64,000 nt of DNA from NCBI RefSeq assembly GCF_009914755.1, contig NC_060927.1. One strand, 5' to 3'. Every line of letters starts with the position of its first letter. The first letter of the stretch is position 1. The position numbers were made by a program, and so were the translations under genes. This document shows positions 43,213-58,843 of the stretch, in pieces. The notes under the pieces are model-generated. The model was not told the origin of the DNA. It saw only the letters and a program-made list of their open reading frames with translations, and searched no databases. This stretch comes from the human T2T-CHM13v2.0 reference genome, Homo sapiens.

Positions 43213-44286
43213 TATCGAGGAACCTGCCCCATAGTCATGTAGGTTCTTTCCTATTTTCCTTAAGCGTCAGCCAGCTTGAAAAATAAAGGGAGAGAGTACA
43301 AAAGAGAGAAATTTTAAAGCTGGGCATCCGGGGAAGACATCACGTGTCGGTAGGTTCTGTGATGCCCCCACAAGCCACAAAGACCAGCAAGTTTTTATTA
43401 GGGATTTTCAAAAGGGGAGGGAGTGTGCGAATAGGTGTGGGTCACAGACATCAAGTACTTTACAAGGTAATAGAATATCACAAGGCAAATGGAGGCAGGG
43501 CAAGATCACAGAACCACAGGACCGGGGAGAAATTAAAATTGCTAATGAAGTTTTGGGCACCACTGTCATTGATAACATCTTATCAGGAGACAGGGTTTTG
43601 AGAGCAACCGGTCTGACCAAAATTTATTAGGTGCGAATTTCCTCTTCCTAATAAGCCTGGGAGCACTATGGGAGACTGGGGTCTATTTCACCCCTAGAGT
43701 CTATAGACCATAGGAGATGACCACACCCAGGGGGGCCGTCTATAGGCCTATACCCCCAGGCGCATATTCTCTTTCCCAGGGATGTTCCTTGCTGAGAAAA
43801 AGAATTCAGCAACATTTCTCCCATTTGCTTTTGAAAGAAGAGAAATAGGGCTCTGTTCCGCCCGGCTCACCGGTGGTCAGAGTTTAAGGTTATCTCTCTT
43901 ATTCCCTGAACAATTGCTGTTATCCTGTTCTTTTTTCAAGGTGCCCAGATTTCATATTTGTTCAAACACACATGCTCTACAATTTGTACAGTTAATGCAA
44001 TTATCACATGGTCCTGAGGCGACATACATCTTCCTCAGCTGACAGGATTATGAGATAAAAATAAAGACAGGCATAGGAAATCACAAGGGTACTGATTGGG
44101 GAAGTGATAAGTGTCCACGAAATCTTCACAATTTATGTTTAGAGATTGCAGTAAAGACAGGCATAAGAAATTATAAAAGTATTAATTTGGGGAACAAATA
44201 AATGTCCATGAAATCTTCACAATCCACGTTCTTCTGCCATGACTTCAGCCGGTCCCTCCGTTTGGGATCCCTGACTTCCCGCAACA
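43213..44286 (-). mobile_element. MER11 (MER11C-like) solo LTR of HERV-K(HML-8)
   Basis: Minus strand begins TGTTGCGGGAAGTCAGGGATCCCAAACGGAGGGACCGGCTGAAG and ends GGGGCAGGTTCCTCGATA. 1074 bp, degenerate 6-bp TSD atcatt/gtcatc. Confidence 0.92.
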
Positions 44287-44627
44287 GTCATCTTTATTAT
44301 GGCACCATTCAAACCATCTTTTATTTGTGACTATATACATTAGCCACATTCACAAAGGCCATGCAAAAATAGTTGCTACTTACACAAATGAAAGATTTGA
44401 TAACGGTAACCAACCTACCATTCCGACCTTTCCTCATAGGCCTCAAGCCACCCCACCCATCCTGCCCTTTTCACTGCATGCCTTTCATTTTTATCTTCCC
44501 TGCCTCTTAATTCTGCTATTACTGGTAACTAGGGATACTAGCAGTAGGATGCCTGGTGCAGGCTAGATAGGAACTCAGCTACAAACACTTTGGACATGGT
44601 AATCCCTCATTTACAAAGGAAATTACT

Positions 44628-44631
<4 letters not shown>

Positions 44632-44671
<40 letters not shown>
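44632..44671. repeat. (TA)20 microsatellite
   Basis: Pure TA run. Confidence 0.95.
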
Positions 44672-44673
<2 letters not shown>

Positions 44674-46519
44674 TGATATGATGAGTCAGGAATTTAAATA
44701 AGAATATAGAGGAAAAGCAATTCTGGACTTTTGTAAATTAATAGCACACAGATTTAGAGGTGGACAGATGGCATCCCTATTTGTGTTCTATAAACACAAA
44801 TCAGAAAATACAAGAAAAAATTCTGATTAAAATTATTAAATAAAGCAAGATTTGTATAAATCTAAAGAATAATTACATTTAAAATAATGTGCAGAATAAA
44901 AGCTATGGTAAAAGTCCCATAAGCCACATAGATAGCTGCCTCAGTGCCAAGGAATGGGGGCTTTTTAAAAAAATCAAAACTTTACTTATACATGAACATA
45001 TGTTAGCAAGAAGCTCAAATGACAGCATTTCATGATCTCTGCTCCAGGGCAAGCAGAACAGCACGTTCCCTCTCCAAGATGCCTTGTTGTAAGTCTGCCA
45101 GCTGGAAGACATGCTCCCACACGCAACATGTGTTCTCAGAGTTCAGGAAATTAAAAGTCTCAGTTCACCTGGAGCACTCCCTTCATAAAGCCACACCCAA
45201 GCAATACCCATAGATCCATAATTCCTAGGAGTCAATTAGTGAGCTTTTTATTAGGACATTTTCGTCACCAAATACCCAGAAGACGGTTACTTTCGAATTT
45301 AGAAAGAAATGTCACTTTACAAAAAGTCCAAGGGGGAAAATCTTCACTTCCTAATGGGGCACTTTATATCTGTTTGCCCAGCTGTTTGCACAAATGAGTT
45401 CCAATTCAGCTAAAACCACCAGTTTCCACCTTGGTCAGAATTCCCAGTGCTCTGATTCCTCAGGCCAATACTTCACCGTCTGGTGAATTTGGATGACTGA
45501 ATGAGACAGACTGAACTGCCAATGTGGACATTTCAGCACCAATTGGCAAGGCTAATAGTTTTACCAAAGGAGCAGTAACTACATTACTGACTTTGTAACC
45601 CAACCAACAGCCAAGTAGGAAAACTGCTTTTCAAAGACTACTTTCTAAATCAACAGTCTCTCATTTTCAAGAAGACACCTCATTCTGAGACATACACAGG
45701 TGTCAATTGCACACATTCCCTCAATCTGATTATGCTAAAATTACTCTTTAAAGTTTGAAGTGCGCTGGGGTTTTTTTGGAAGGGGAAGGTGGGAGAGGCA
45801 ACCTCACACAATCAATGATCATATATAGGTATTTGCTGTAAAGGAAGTGGGACAGTGACATGGTTAACTTCAACTGACCAAAAAAACTAAATAAAATTTA
45901 TATTTACCTTGGGACAAATATATTTTTACTTATCTGCTTTTTATTTTATTCCTTTCATTAACTACTGGGTAGTAGGCATTAGTGACACAAATTTGAATAT
46001 GATATGTCTGATGGCAAAGACTGGACATTCTAGTACATTGGGTAGATGAATAAGTCAGTTGTTTCAGTGCAGCATGATTAGCAGAATTAGTAAAATAACG
46101 CTACAATTGAGGGATTCTGAACCTGATATAAAAGGGGTGGAAGAAAGAATATATATAGAAAACGTCCCTTTAGTTTTGTTTAATTAGTCACAAAAGTAGT
46201 TTTTATCCCATGAGGATAGATATACCAAAAGCAGGTAGGGAAGAAAGGAGAAAAATACAAGGTGTCAAAATTTATTTTGTAATACTTTTTCTGTACCACT
46301 TTGGAAAAATGGTAGATTCTTAGTCATTATTGTTTTTTAATACATAGAAAAGTAACCCGATAGGCTAAGGAATTTAACAAGACTCATTTCCCTTCTTTTT
46401 GTTCTTTGCTTATTTTCATGAAAATTCATGGAGATGATTTGCTTACATTCTGTTGCCCTTTAAAGTAAGAAGTGGTAGTATTAAGTGCTCTTGATGGAAG
46501 ATGGGCTAGGCTCAATTCC

Positions 46520-46682
46520 AGGGCTCTGAAAGTATGGTCTCCAGATTAGACAATCAACATCATCTGGGAACTTGTGAGACCCCATCCCAGACCTATTGAA
46601 TTAGAAACTCTGGGGGCAGCAATCTGTATTTCGACAAGCTGTATGGATATTCTGGTGAATACTCAAGTTTGAGAGCCATTAC
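46520..46682. mobile_element. MER5A/B
   Basis: aacatcatctgggaacttg...cagacctattgaattagaaactctggggg...aagtttgagagcca. Confidence 0.7.
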
Positions 46683-46984
46683 TCTTTTAAAATTCAGTGC
46701 ATCGACAATAAAATTAATGGGCCCAATGTCATTTGAAAGACATTTACAGATATTCAACACAGTATGGAGAAAAGAAACTTCACTGTTAAATTTCCTATCA
46801 TGAGACTTTTACACATATTTTGGTCTGTGAACAAATTCTGTTAATTAGGGTTTCTGAGAACTATTTCTGGAGACACATAAGGTAAAATGTTATGTTTGGA
46901 ATACTACTAACTTCTGAATGTCAGTTATGTGTCTTTAAATCTAACCAATATATTTAGAGATTTAAAATCAAAGATGAGTTATTT

Positions 46985-47610
46985 TCCAAATTTTATTATA
47001 AAAAATTTTAAACATACAAAAACTTGAATTGTGTAGAGCATATCCATAAGGCAGCAACCAAAAGTCAATGATTCCTGTCTTACTCATTTATCATGTACAT
47101 TTCCGTCTCTCCATCCCTCTGTCCATCATTCATTCCATCTTAATTTTTAATTAATTTCCATGTCAACTGAATTTCAGTACTCTTCACCCCCAAACACTTC
47201 AGTATGCATGCCATTAACTAAAGTTTAATATTTATTTATATTTTTCTTTTGAGATAAAATTTAGGTACAATGAAATACATAAATCTTAACTATACATTAC
47301 TGTTTTCCCCAAATGCCATACATCTGTGTAACCCAAACCTTTATCAAGATTTATAATATCATCATCAACCCAGAAAATTTCCTCATGCCCCTTCCCAGTT
47401 CATTCCCACCACATCCTCCCAGGGACTATTGTTCTTAATTTTACTATCATAGATTAGTTTGCCTGTTCTAGACTCTTCGATTAAATAAAATCACACAGTA
47501 TGTAGTCTTTCATGTAAGGTCTCTTGCACTTAAAATGTCTTGATGATATATCAGTTTTGTTGCATGCATCAGTAGCTTTTTGTTGTTATTGTCACAGTAG
47601 TATTCAGATA
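46985..47610 (-). mobile_element. Old L1M 3' fragment
   Basis: catagattagtttgcctgttctaga and gttgcatgcatcagtagc motifs. Confidence 0.65.
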
Positions 47611-49149
47611 GTTATTAAAGCCAACATTTTTACATCTTCCAGTTGTCTTCATAATCAGCCTCTTTTGATTGTACTATTTTTAAAATGTTTGATTATATGA
47701 TGATAAAATTTTTTCCAAGAAAAAGTGAAATTATATATGTATATTTCTAATTTTCCAGATTATTTACTTATAATGCTATTTACCAGGGAAACAAAACTAT
47801 CAACTCTTCTATTTATAATAGACAATTACTACACTTAACTAACTTCTTAGTAGTAAGCGCAGATAAAACCATATAATGACTTCATCTTCACTGAAAAGCT
47901 AAATACTGGACACTGATACTCAAGGTCTCTGACACCTTTCCCTCTCACTCCCAGCTGAGAGAATGCCAGGCATGAGCCTCTTTTGACAATTAAGTGTAAT
48001 ATTGACTTTCTTATGTCAAAGAATGATTTTCATGAAGATGAAAGTAGATAAGTTTAACTGTTTTTAATTTTTAAAAATCCTGTCCTTACAATTCTCAGAG
48101 TGATCAGGTATCAAAAAATAGAAAATATATCATTTAAATTAATATTACTCTGAGTAATTTTCCAAAAGGACTCATACTTCTTTTTCTTTTCTTCTCTTGA
48201 TAACTCCAGTTTGGGCACTCATTAAATTCCATTGGCCAAATAGAGGTTAAGTTTAATCAGAGTGATTATTTACAGGACAAAGCAGAAAATGTTACTTCTA
48301 CCAATATTAAAACATCCTGCATGTACAAGATTACATATTTCTATTGCAAAACACTGTTCCAGGGAGCAAATTGAAAATACTCTTGATAAAAAATGAAAAT
48401 CTTGCCATCTTGTAAAAACATTGTCAAAAAATCACACAGCTTTCTTAAATAAATCTGATTTTTTAAAGTTTTGCAAATAAAAAACATGAGATGAAACTGG
48501 AACCAATGGTTTTATCTGCCATCTTTGCTTAGACATTTGGCATCTTCATGAATTGTTTGTAATTTGTTTAGTTCATAAATACCCAGTACTGATGGTATAT
48601 ACTTGTTCATTTGGAGATTTCACAGCATCAAAAGTCTTCTAAAGACTGCAGGGAAATGGCTAAACTTATCCTGAGAATATGGCCAAGTGGCCTCATATAC
48701 TAAGGCTGAGTGGCCATGAGATGTCAGGAGGCTCTAAGAAAGGCCATTTGCTCTCAACTCCACTGTGGGCATCTCATATTATTAATAACATGTTGTGGAA
48801 GAAGCAGGAGGGGTTCTGAGATCAACTTGGCTTTTAATTGTGTTTGACTTTAGGTCGGCTGTCTTCTCTAAGCCTCATTTTTCTCCTCTGTAAAATATTT
48901 TGAGGAATCTCAAATTCATTCTCAATCTAATACTCAAAAGTGTCTCTAACATCTCATCCAGAAAAAATACTATCTTCCTACTAAAGTGCAAGAAAATCCA
49001 AATAAATCAGAAAATAATTTTTTAAGGAAACACTAATAATTTCCAGATAATTTTTTCACAGGTCTCCCCAATTGTACTTCAAATATATAAAAAAAGGAAC
49101 AAATATTTTCACGAGCATATGGAAGAAATATATGTGACTGTCACATATA

Positions 49150-49750
49150 ATTTTTAACAGCTCTAGTGAGATATAATTCATATATCATAAAATTCTCCCA
49201 TTTTAAGTATACAGCTCAATGATTTTATAGCTCAAACTCACAGAAGTTGCTAAATTTATGTAATTTACTAAATCTATCATAATCTATATTCAGAACATTT
49301 CCATTACTCTAAAACATTCCATTTTACCCATTAATAGTAAATCTCTCTGTTCCCACCCTTAGCTCTAGGCAACCACTGGTCTACTTTCTGCTTTTCTGGT
49401 AATTAAATATAAATGGACTTACATGACATGTTCTCTTCACACCTGGCTTCTTTCATTCAGCATCATTTTTATGAGACTCATCCATCCATGCTGTATCACT
49501 AGTTCAGTCCTTTTATTTGCTAAATAGAATTTTATGAATATATTACATTTTATTTATTCAATCCAAATATTCATCAAATATTTGGATTGTTTCCAGTTTT
49601 AGCTATGAATAGTGCTGCTATAAAATTTCATGTACAAGTCTTTGTGTGAACATATATTTTTAGTTTTGGGAGGTAAATATGTAGGTGTAAAATTGTTCAG
49701 TCATACGGTAAGTTAATGCATAATTTATTAAGAAACTCCCAAACTTTTCC
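49150..49750 (-). mobile_element. L1MB/ME 3' end
   Basis: tttaacagctctagtgagatataattcatatatcataaaattc...ggcaaccact...tttggattgtttccagtttt. Confidence 0.8.
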
Positions 49751-49888
49751 AGTTTTATATGAATTGCTAAGATTGTGAATATTTCTCTTGCTTGAGGACC
49801 ACTCCAAATTGTGATCATCCAGAAAATGAGCTGTCTTGTTTTATCAATGTCACTAAATATACGTTAGATAATAAAATTAATTATTTTA

Positions 49889-50227
<339 letters not shown>

Positions 50228-50349
50228 AAGATGAGATCACTTATTTTGTTATAATAATTATTGTGATTCCAAATTTATCCAGAAAACAAGAAATACACTT
50301 TTTGCAAAACAATACAATGACCATTGACATTGTTAGAAATGAGTTTGAA

Positions 50350-50650
<301 letters not shown>

Positions 50651-52567
50651 AGAAATGAGTTTGAATTTGAAGCAGAATAAATTACTGAGTTGTCTTTCAA
50701 TCTCCAGTCATTCCAGTTTTAAGAATAGTTTAGGCTATACTAATTATGTGAATATTTGTTCACCATGAAATTAATCAGTTCTGAAGACATTAACTTTATT
50801 TGTACTTAAAATTAAAATGAAATTACGTGTACATTTTGCCTTGTAACCAAATGCTTCAGTTGGGTTTTTCTATGAAAATAAATAGCTATCTTTCCTGACT
50901 AGGGAATTATTACTATTTTGACAATATTTGTCATTTTTATGGTAATAATTAAAACATTTTGAGTCTAAAATGTTTTTCAATATTAATAAAATATTGAAAT
51001 TTTGAACTATGCACATACCTGATATATCTCATTAATAACATCTCTGATGGTTTGCTATTAATGTCGTATTTGAGCTTTACTAGGTGAGAAAAAGAAAGTC
51101 AAAGTGGCTTGGCATCATTGCCTACTAGGCTGACATTATTAAAATTTCCTCATCTAGTGGGTGTGGCCCAAGCTTAAGACTAGGTGCTTAAAATAGAATT
51201 TTATAACATTTAGCCAATGTTCGCAAAATCTAACTGAATGAATCCGTTTGAAAAAAAATCTTCCTGACTTTAAATTGCAGAAATAAGAAGGAAGGCTGTC
51301 TCACAACTTTTTATCAGGCAAATTTTTTTTTCTTGTATTTTAAACCTAGGAGCTACAAAGAATTTCCTCACTTCACTCAAAACTCTGAACTTGGAAGTGA
51401 AGAGATGTGATTGTCCTTTGAGTAGTCCAAATACTGCCTATGGGGAATTGTTCCTTAGACACTGCAAATATGAATATAGTAATTCCCACTGGTTATACTA
51501 TTCCCCAGTGTGAAATAAATTAATTTAAATGGTAAGAAAGAGAGGCCAGGAGACAGAATAAGGGAATGGAGTAAGTTGAAGTTGAGATAGTAAACTGTTA
51601 GGTAGCAAAAACTATGAAGCTGAGAAAAAAAAAGATAAAGAGTGGCGGATAAGGCACTTTATTGGTAGCAGGAAATAGACCCAAGGGAACACTAGAGGGA
51701 AAATCAAAGATTGCGGGACTGAGGTGCCCAAACCTTCAATAGCTCCATAACTGCTGTGATCTGAAGAGGTAACACATTTAATGAATGGGTAGCAATGAGT
51801 CAGCCAACGTTTAAGTGTGCATATTGGGTGAAGAGGGAGGGCAGGAACAGCATTCTCAGACATAAGGAATAGCATGAGCAAAGGTGCTGAGGGAGGAAGT
51901 AGATGATGGATTTAAAGATCCTAAACAAAGACAGTCTGGTGGGATATAATGGGTTAAGGAGTATGCAGGGAAGCTATAGAGGACAGAGGGCCCTGGTAGA
52001 ATACATTAAAATATGTGTTAGAAGCAAAGCTAAATTGTTTTTCCCTATGAAGCTACACACAAGCCAAACTTCTGAGAAATGAATAATACAAAATTCAAAT
52101 CTTAGATGATTAAAAATAAGTCCACATGATAGAAAAGTTGCCTCACAAGTTCTTAGCAACAAGCAGCTCAAATGCTCAGAACAAGATTTGATTTCAGTAG
52201 AAAAAAATGCTATTTTAAAAATGAAAAGTGCCAAACATATTTTACAACTAGATTATAGTTTAAATGGAATTCGATCCATACAAGTCCTTACTGCAAACAG
52301 AATGTGTTACTAAAATCAGTTGTTATTAATTCTGTTTTTAGCCAAAAGCTTGATGAAAACAAAGCAATTGCAGTTTAATTGCCGCAATTGGCAGAGACAG
52401 CCTGAGAATTAAACTGCTTACAACTTACTATATGAATACTTCTGTCTTTCCCAAATCACTCATTTCACTTCCCTCCCAGGCTGGTGGCACATTTTCATCT
52501 CCCTTTCCTCTACCCCAATAATAGTCCCTGCATTCACTTTTTAACTTAAAAAATTATACAAATAATA

Positions 52568-52741
52568 CTGGTTGAGTATCCTTTATCCTAAATGTTTGGG
52601 ACCAGACATTTTTCAAATTTCAGAATTTTTTAGGATTTTGGAATATTTGCATTATACTGGTTGAGCATCACAAATCCAAACATTCAAAATCCAAAATGCT
52701 CTAATGAGCATTTCCTTTGAGCATTTGGGATACTCAACTTG
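52568..52741. mobile_element. Tigger4a/MER46A MITE
   Basis: ta|ctggttgagtatcc ... ggatactcaacttg|ta inverted termini with TA flanks. Confidence 0.85.
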
Positions 52742-53095
52742 TACACATTCATTTTAATAAGAAATTTAAGAGAGTTGGAAAAGAGAATATTTTTAAAAAA
52801 TTATTCATTTAATATGCAGATAAATCTACTGTAAACATTTTTATATGTTCTTCCAGATAGTTTTTCCTGGGAATAATATATTACAGTCTACAAAAATAAG
52901 GTTATACTCCAAGTGCTGTTCCATAACCTGCATTTTCTTCAATATAAATATAGCTTTATATCTTTATTTTTAATGACACTACTGTCTTTCAATTAATTCA
53001 TTGGGAATTTTCTTTGATAGTAGGTAAACTGACCCTATATCATCTCAGTGAGTTGGCACAGTTTAACGATCATCTCAATAAATTCACAATTGAAG

Positions 53096-53408
<313 letters not shown>

Positions 53409-56044
53409 AACAATTGAATTTATTTTGGTGAAATTTGGTATTCGTTTTTGGGATAAGGTATTGATCTTATAAAGTTCGAGCTCAGTTTTTTAAAATCACA
53501 TTTGAGATCTGTTACATTGAATCCATATGACAATTAGATAAGCTCATTGTATTGTTTGTGAGATCATTGCTAAAATTTGTGGCTATGGAAGCACTGATAT
53601 TTCCATGATCTTGAGATTCCTCATCTGATCCTGTAAGGAGTGGCGTTTTGAAGAAGGAGGACTGTATAGTGGAACATAATGGGCCACACACAGGGTTTGG
53701 AGTTGGAAAACCTGTGTTCAAGTCCCAAATTAAACCCACAATTGCCCTTTTGTTCAACTGTCATATGGATAATTTATTTACTATCCAAATGTCACCTTTT
53801 CTCCTGTAAAGTAGTATTAATCATAGAACTCTCTCAGAATTGATGGGAAGATTAAGTAAAACAGATTGTGAAAAGCAGTTCCTGAACTGTGCAGCTCAGT
53901 AAGGGTTGTTTTTGATCTGACTTTATCCTTGGGTTCTTTTTCATTTCAGTGTACTTTGAATTTTTAACATTCCTTGTCTTCCAACCAAAAATTCATTCTA
54001 TATAGATGCTGTTTATATCCAGACTATAAGCTATATAAGGATACTGTCCCTAGCATGGTGCCTGGCAGAGAAAGGATATTCAATTAATATGTTTTGAATG
54101 AATGAACAAACACATACAATAGTTTTTTAAAATGGAAAATATTATGCTTGATAGGAATTAATACTATAATAAACAAATGAGTCTCTTCAAAAAAACTGTA
54201 CTGTACTGGAGGATGTAGACTTGTAAGTTATTACTCAATGCACTCAACAAATTCTACATAGAGGAGGGACCCGCATGCAGAGGTAATTCAGAGGAGCACT
54301 GACTAGTTAGAAGTGGGTGAGTCAGGAATGGTATCACAGAAGAAGTGGCATCTGATCTGGGTCTTGAATGTCAAGAAGGACTTGTCCAGAGAACAGGAAG
54401 AAGGAAATTTCAGACTGAGGAAAAGTAAAGATGAAGGTCGAGGTGTTAATATCTGTGATAATTCATTCTACATGATATTATATAAGGTGTAGACTATCAA
54501 CATCTCTTGCTGGTCAAACACTCTTTTCATCTACTCTCTTTTAAAAATTAATATAAGATTACAAATATCTAATGGCATTTCATATCTTTTCCACAAGGAA
54601 ATCTTTCTTCTGAGTGGAGAGTTATTTCTAAGGGCTCTAATCATCATATGCATGTACTTGATCTCTGTGGTGTCCATCCTCGTCCAGGCATCTCATACTA
54701 GTCATTCACAGTAATGGGACAACCTGTTTTATGGGGCTGAGGCCACGTGCCCAGGGAACATTACATTAATCCCAGCACACTAAAGTCAACTGAGGATAGG
54801 ATGCGCCCAAAACCTCTCAAAAGAACAATGTGGACTAATTCTTAACATTCATCTGCCACACTAACTGCTCACCGGAGAGTAACAAAATATCTATTATTTC
54901 CCACACCAGCATTAGAATAATTTCGATGATTTTAATGATTCTAAAAATGTCTGAGACAAGTCTAGTGCAGACTGGAGAATCCCATGTTTCAGACATTTGT
55001 CTGAAGTTCTCATTTCCCATAACTCCTCTCTAGCATTGCAGACCTCTGACCACCCTAATGCATCTGCCCTCACATGTGTATGCACGTGTGTGAGCACCCT
55101 TTGCCCCACCTCCCCCTACATCTTGATTTTACTCTGTGACACAGTGGTATCCTAATTCTCATTTTCCATGAAATTTCCATCTCTCTCCCTTACTTCTATT
55201 CCTCCTCTGGCCCTCATAACATGGCAATTCACAAAGTTTCTGTCTTTTGCTCCTTTAGAGAACTGCTTTACAATTAAGGCTACAATCATAACTTAGCTGC
55301 TAACTAGTAAGTAGCTTAGCTGATTCTGATATCTGAACCTCTATTTCTGGATACTTATTTGGTTCCAGTCCTACAAGCTTTGTGAACCACTGACACTTTT
55401 GTTGATGCGGTCAGGCTCCAACCATCATTATCTTTCTCAAAACCAGTTTACTTCTCTACCATCTATGATGTGTCACAGTCCTAGGCACCCAAGTCACACT
55501 TGAGGAGTCAGGTTTTATATACACCTTGCTCAAAACCTGCATAAAACATGGAGAAGTCCAAATGCAAGGATGCCTATGACTTTGCTTCATTACCATCCTG
55601 AGAACTTGGAGCAGTGGTTCTCTTCTGAAAGGCTAAACTTCTAATTAAAGAGTGAGTTTTCTTCTTTTCCTTCTCCTTGACCACTTTGGTGCAGGTCATC
55701 TTGAGCCCAAAATTTTATTATAATAGAAGACATTCTTAAGGACAAACCATATGTAGGTTATGGTTTCATTTAAATTACTTGCAATGAGTTGTAAATAAGT
55801 CAATGTTTTCCAGCAATTCCTATCTCACCTTCTTTCTTAGCCCCACCCAACAAGATCACTGTTTATTAACTCTAGTTCACCCCATTTGTACACAGTTGAA
55901 TAAAATCCCAGCTCCTCCTGCTAATATTCTGATCTCTAAGGGGAAAAGGCATTTTTATCTCTTGTCTACAAATAATTCCTTAAATTTTGGCCAAAACTAT
56001 CTCCCTTCCAGATCAACTCATCTCAAGAAACATTTTAAGTTCAC

Positions 56045-56275
56045 AATACATACTGTACAACATAGTGACTATAGTTAATAACAATATAGTTAATAACAAT
56101 TCAAGTATACTTGAAAATTGCTAAAAGTAGATTTTAAGATACAAAAAATGTCATGTGAAGCAATTAGCTTAGTGAATTAGCTTGATTTAGCCATTCTACA
56201 ATGTATACATATTTCAAAACTTCATGTTGTATGCCATAAACATATATGATTTTTGTTAATTAAAAATAAATAATA
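56045..56275 (+). mobile_element. L1MA 3' end
   Basis: tacaacatagtgactatagttaataacaat...aattagcttgatttagccatt...aaaataaataa. Contains a 15-bp tandem duplication tatagttaataacaa. Confidence 0.8.
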
Positions 56276-56469
56276 AGAAAATGATGTTTGCCTTTCATAT
56301 GTACTATATACTGCATCTTTTGTACTAGAGAAAAATTAAACACTCTAATTGTAATTTGGTATAAAAACACCATGGAATATGCTATTTGATCTATTAATAT
56401 GTACACAAAACATTTAGATTTCATTTAAAGTAAAAGAAGCAAATAGGTATTTTATAATTTAAGAAAATT

Positions 56470-56575
56470 GTGCAGGCTTCGGCAGCACATATACTAAAGT
56501 TGGATGTATACAGAGATGGTTAGCATGGCTCTTGCACAAGAATGACACACAAATTCGTGAAGTGTTCCATATTTT
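56470..56575 (+). pseudogene. RNU6: Full-length U6 snRNA retropseudogene
   Basis: gtgcaggcttcggcagcacatatactaaagttgg...acagaga...tagcatggc...aaattcgtgaagtgttccatatttt is colinear with U6 with over a dozen substitutions. Short A-rich tail, degenerate TSD aagaaaatt/aatagaatt. The symbol names the family, not a specific locus. Confidence 0.93.
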
Positions 56576-58819
56576 CATAAACAAAAAAATAGAATTGTAA
56601 ATAAGACACATTAAAAAAAGAAAAGTATTTTTAGGAAGAAGCCCATCAGCAAAGCACTAAGACACTGAGGACATAAATGCAAAACCATCTCAACTTGGAA
56701 TTGTTTGTTTCTCTTTTATGTATTCTAGATGAAGTTTCTATACCATCTTTCCTTTTATTTCTATAAAATTCCACCTAGCTCCCCTGAGCTGTTTACTTGC
56801 TCTATTTTATCCACTCTTTGACTCTCTCTTTGCATTTCTAGCTTCTAAAACTTCATCCTGCATCCTCTTGATGTCATCTTTGATTCTTTTCACTTTTCAA
56901 ATATACTTCTTTCAAACCCATGTAGGATGGGCTCATTCATTTTTGGGTAAATGCATTTCTGGGCTTCAAACACTAGGCAATTTTGTCTCCTGTGCCTACA
57001 TAATATCCAAAGGCTTGGCCTGAAAAGACCAGCCAGTCTTCCATTTTTATAATTACCAACCTCATTACCTTTCCAATCCACCCTTCCCACTATTTCCGGG
57101 TTAATCACTGTACAATACTACTTTGTTACATTATCTCTTTCGTCTGCCCCTGCTGGACAAAAACAGCACGTGACTCCTTAATGCTCACAGAATCAAGGTC
57201 AGAATAAGGCTATACTCATAAATGAAGAAAAAATAGACTATCACAAAATAATGTCATAGGCACAGGCTAAATAGCGTGTATGCAAAAATGAGTAAGATAC
57301 TACATCACACATCAGTAGTGAGGGATACTGATCTCCAGGAGTTAACTCTGACACACGATAAGAGCTATATGCAAAAAATTACATTTGCAAAAGAAAATAA
57401 GGATTTTTCTGAGGCATGTAAGAAGATACTGTTAGAAACACTTCTCGGAGAAAGAAATACTATTTTTTTTTGACCTCAAAGAGATTACCAGACAGAGAGA
57501 CGATTGTCATACAAAGCAATGCTTTACATTTCTTGAATTTTGAGGGAGTGGATATTATTCTCTAGGCAAAGGTTTATGGAGAAGGTGAGACTTCAGCTTA
57601 GCTTTGAAAATAAGAGTCAAATAAAAGGCAGGACTTGAAAGAATGTTCCAGGTAAAAAATAGTAGTAGCAAGAAGCTCATGTTGAACTGCAAACCCTGAA
57701 CAAAATTAAAAAAAGCAAATAGACCAGTTTGATTAAAAAGAAAGGATCATGCTCATAGATACTTGGAAACTCGGAGTTGGGAGAAACTTAAAATTAATTG
57801 TAACTATTCTCCCTCCCTCTTGGGGCCAGACTGTAGATTAGCTCTTAGGATGAACTGTCTTTCTCACTCCCAAACACTAGTACGTGTAACAAAGGTCCAG
57901 ATACAGTGACCTCTAGGCATTATATTTCTGGTGCGCATCAGAACATCTCCTCTCAAACACAGCATTTAGAAATACACATGAGATATTTACCTTTTAATTA
58001 TTATTAATTTCTTTTAATTATTTAGAAATAATTCAATGGTCATATGAAAGACTTATTGCTATTTTCTAATGTGGCATAATAACCCAAAACTTGGAATCAG
58101 CAATACAAACAGGAAGCATTAACTTCAGACCAAAAAGATAACAACTCCAATTTTTTCTTTTGGTAAAATTATAAACAAGGACAAAGAAGGCTGGGAATCA
58201 TGAAATCTTGGAATTACCCTTTGGATAGAATTTCACTGGCTCACTATCAGTCACGAAATCCCTTCTAATCAATTTAAGGCTTATTTTCACGTACATGCCC
58301 TTCCTTCAGTACATTTATTTTTAAAATAGCCGTTCTCTGGCAGCCTTTCCTCATTCCTTATCCATTTCCTCTATCCTTTGCTGTTATAATTTATTTAAAT
58401 AAATAAAGTAGCAATAAACTGACTATGTTAAGAATGACAGGTACTTTACAATATAAGTCTCAGCCATGCCCTTCAAAAACAGGTGGAATGAGACCAACCT
58501 AGATCCAAATAGTTCCACAGACCTTTACATCACACATGGATGATCTTGGTAGATAATCTTAGTGTGAAAATCTTGTTTGAGTGCCAATGGATTAGTCCAT
58601 CTGCATTATTACTAATGGGGTGGTGAACCCTTTTCCTCTACAATTCTGGGCCCCAACTAAGGCACCAGATAAACTGTCACATAAATCCACAAGACATAAA
58701 AGCATACATGGAAAATGCCTATTAGCAGCTCTCATAATTATCAAGAAATAGCATGTCACCACCAAGCCCAGGGCAAAAGTAAACGTGTTTATCATCCCTT
58801 TAATGTTTTAAATTTTGTC

Positions 58820-58843
58820 TTTTTTTTTTTTTTTTTTTTTTTT
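58820..58843. repeat. T24 tract
   Basis: 24 consecutive T followed by cacag. Confidence 0.95.
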
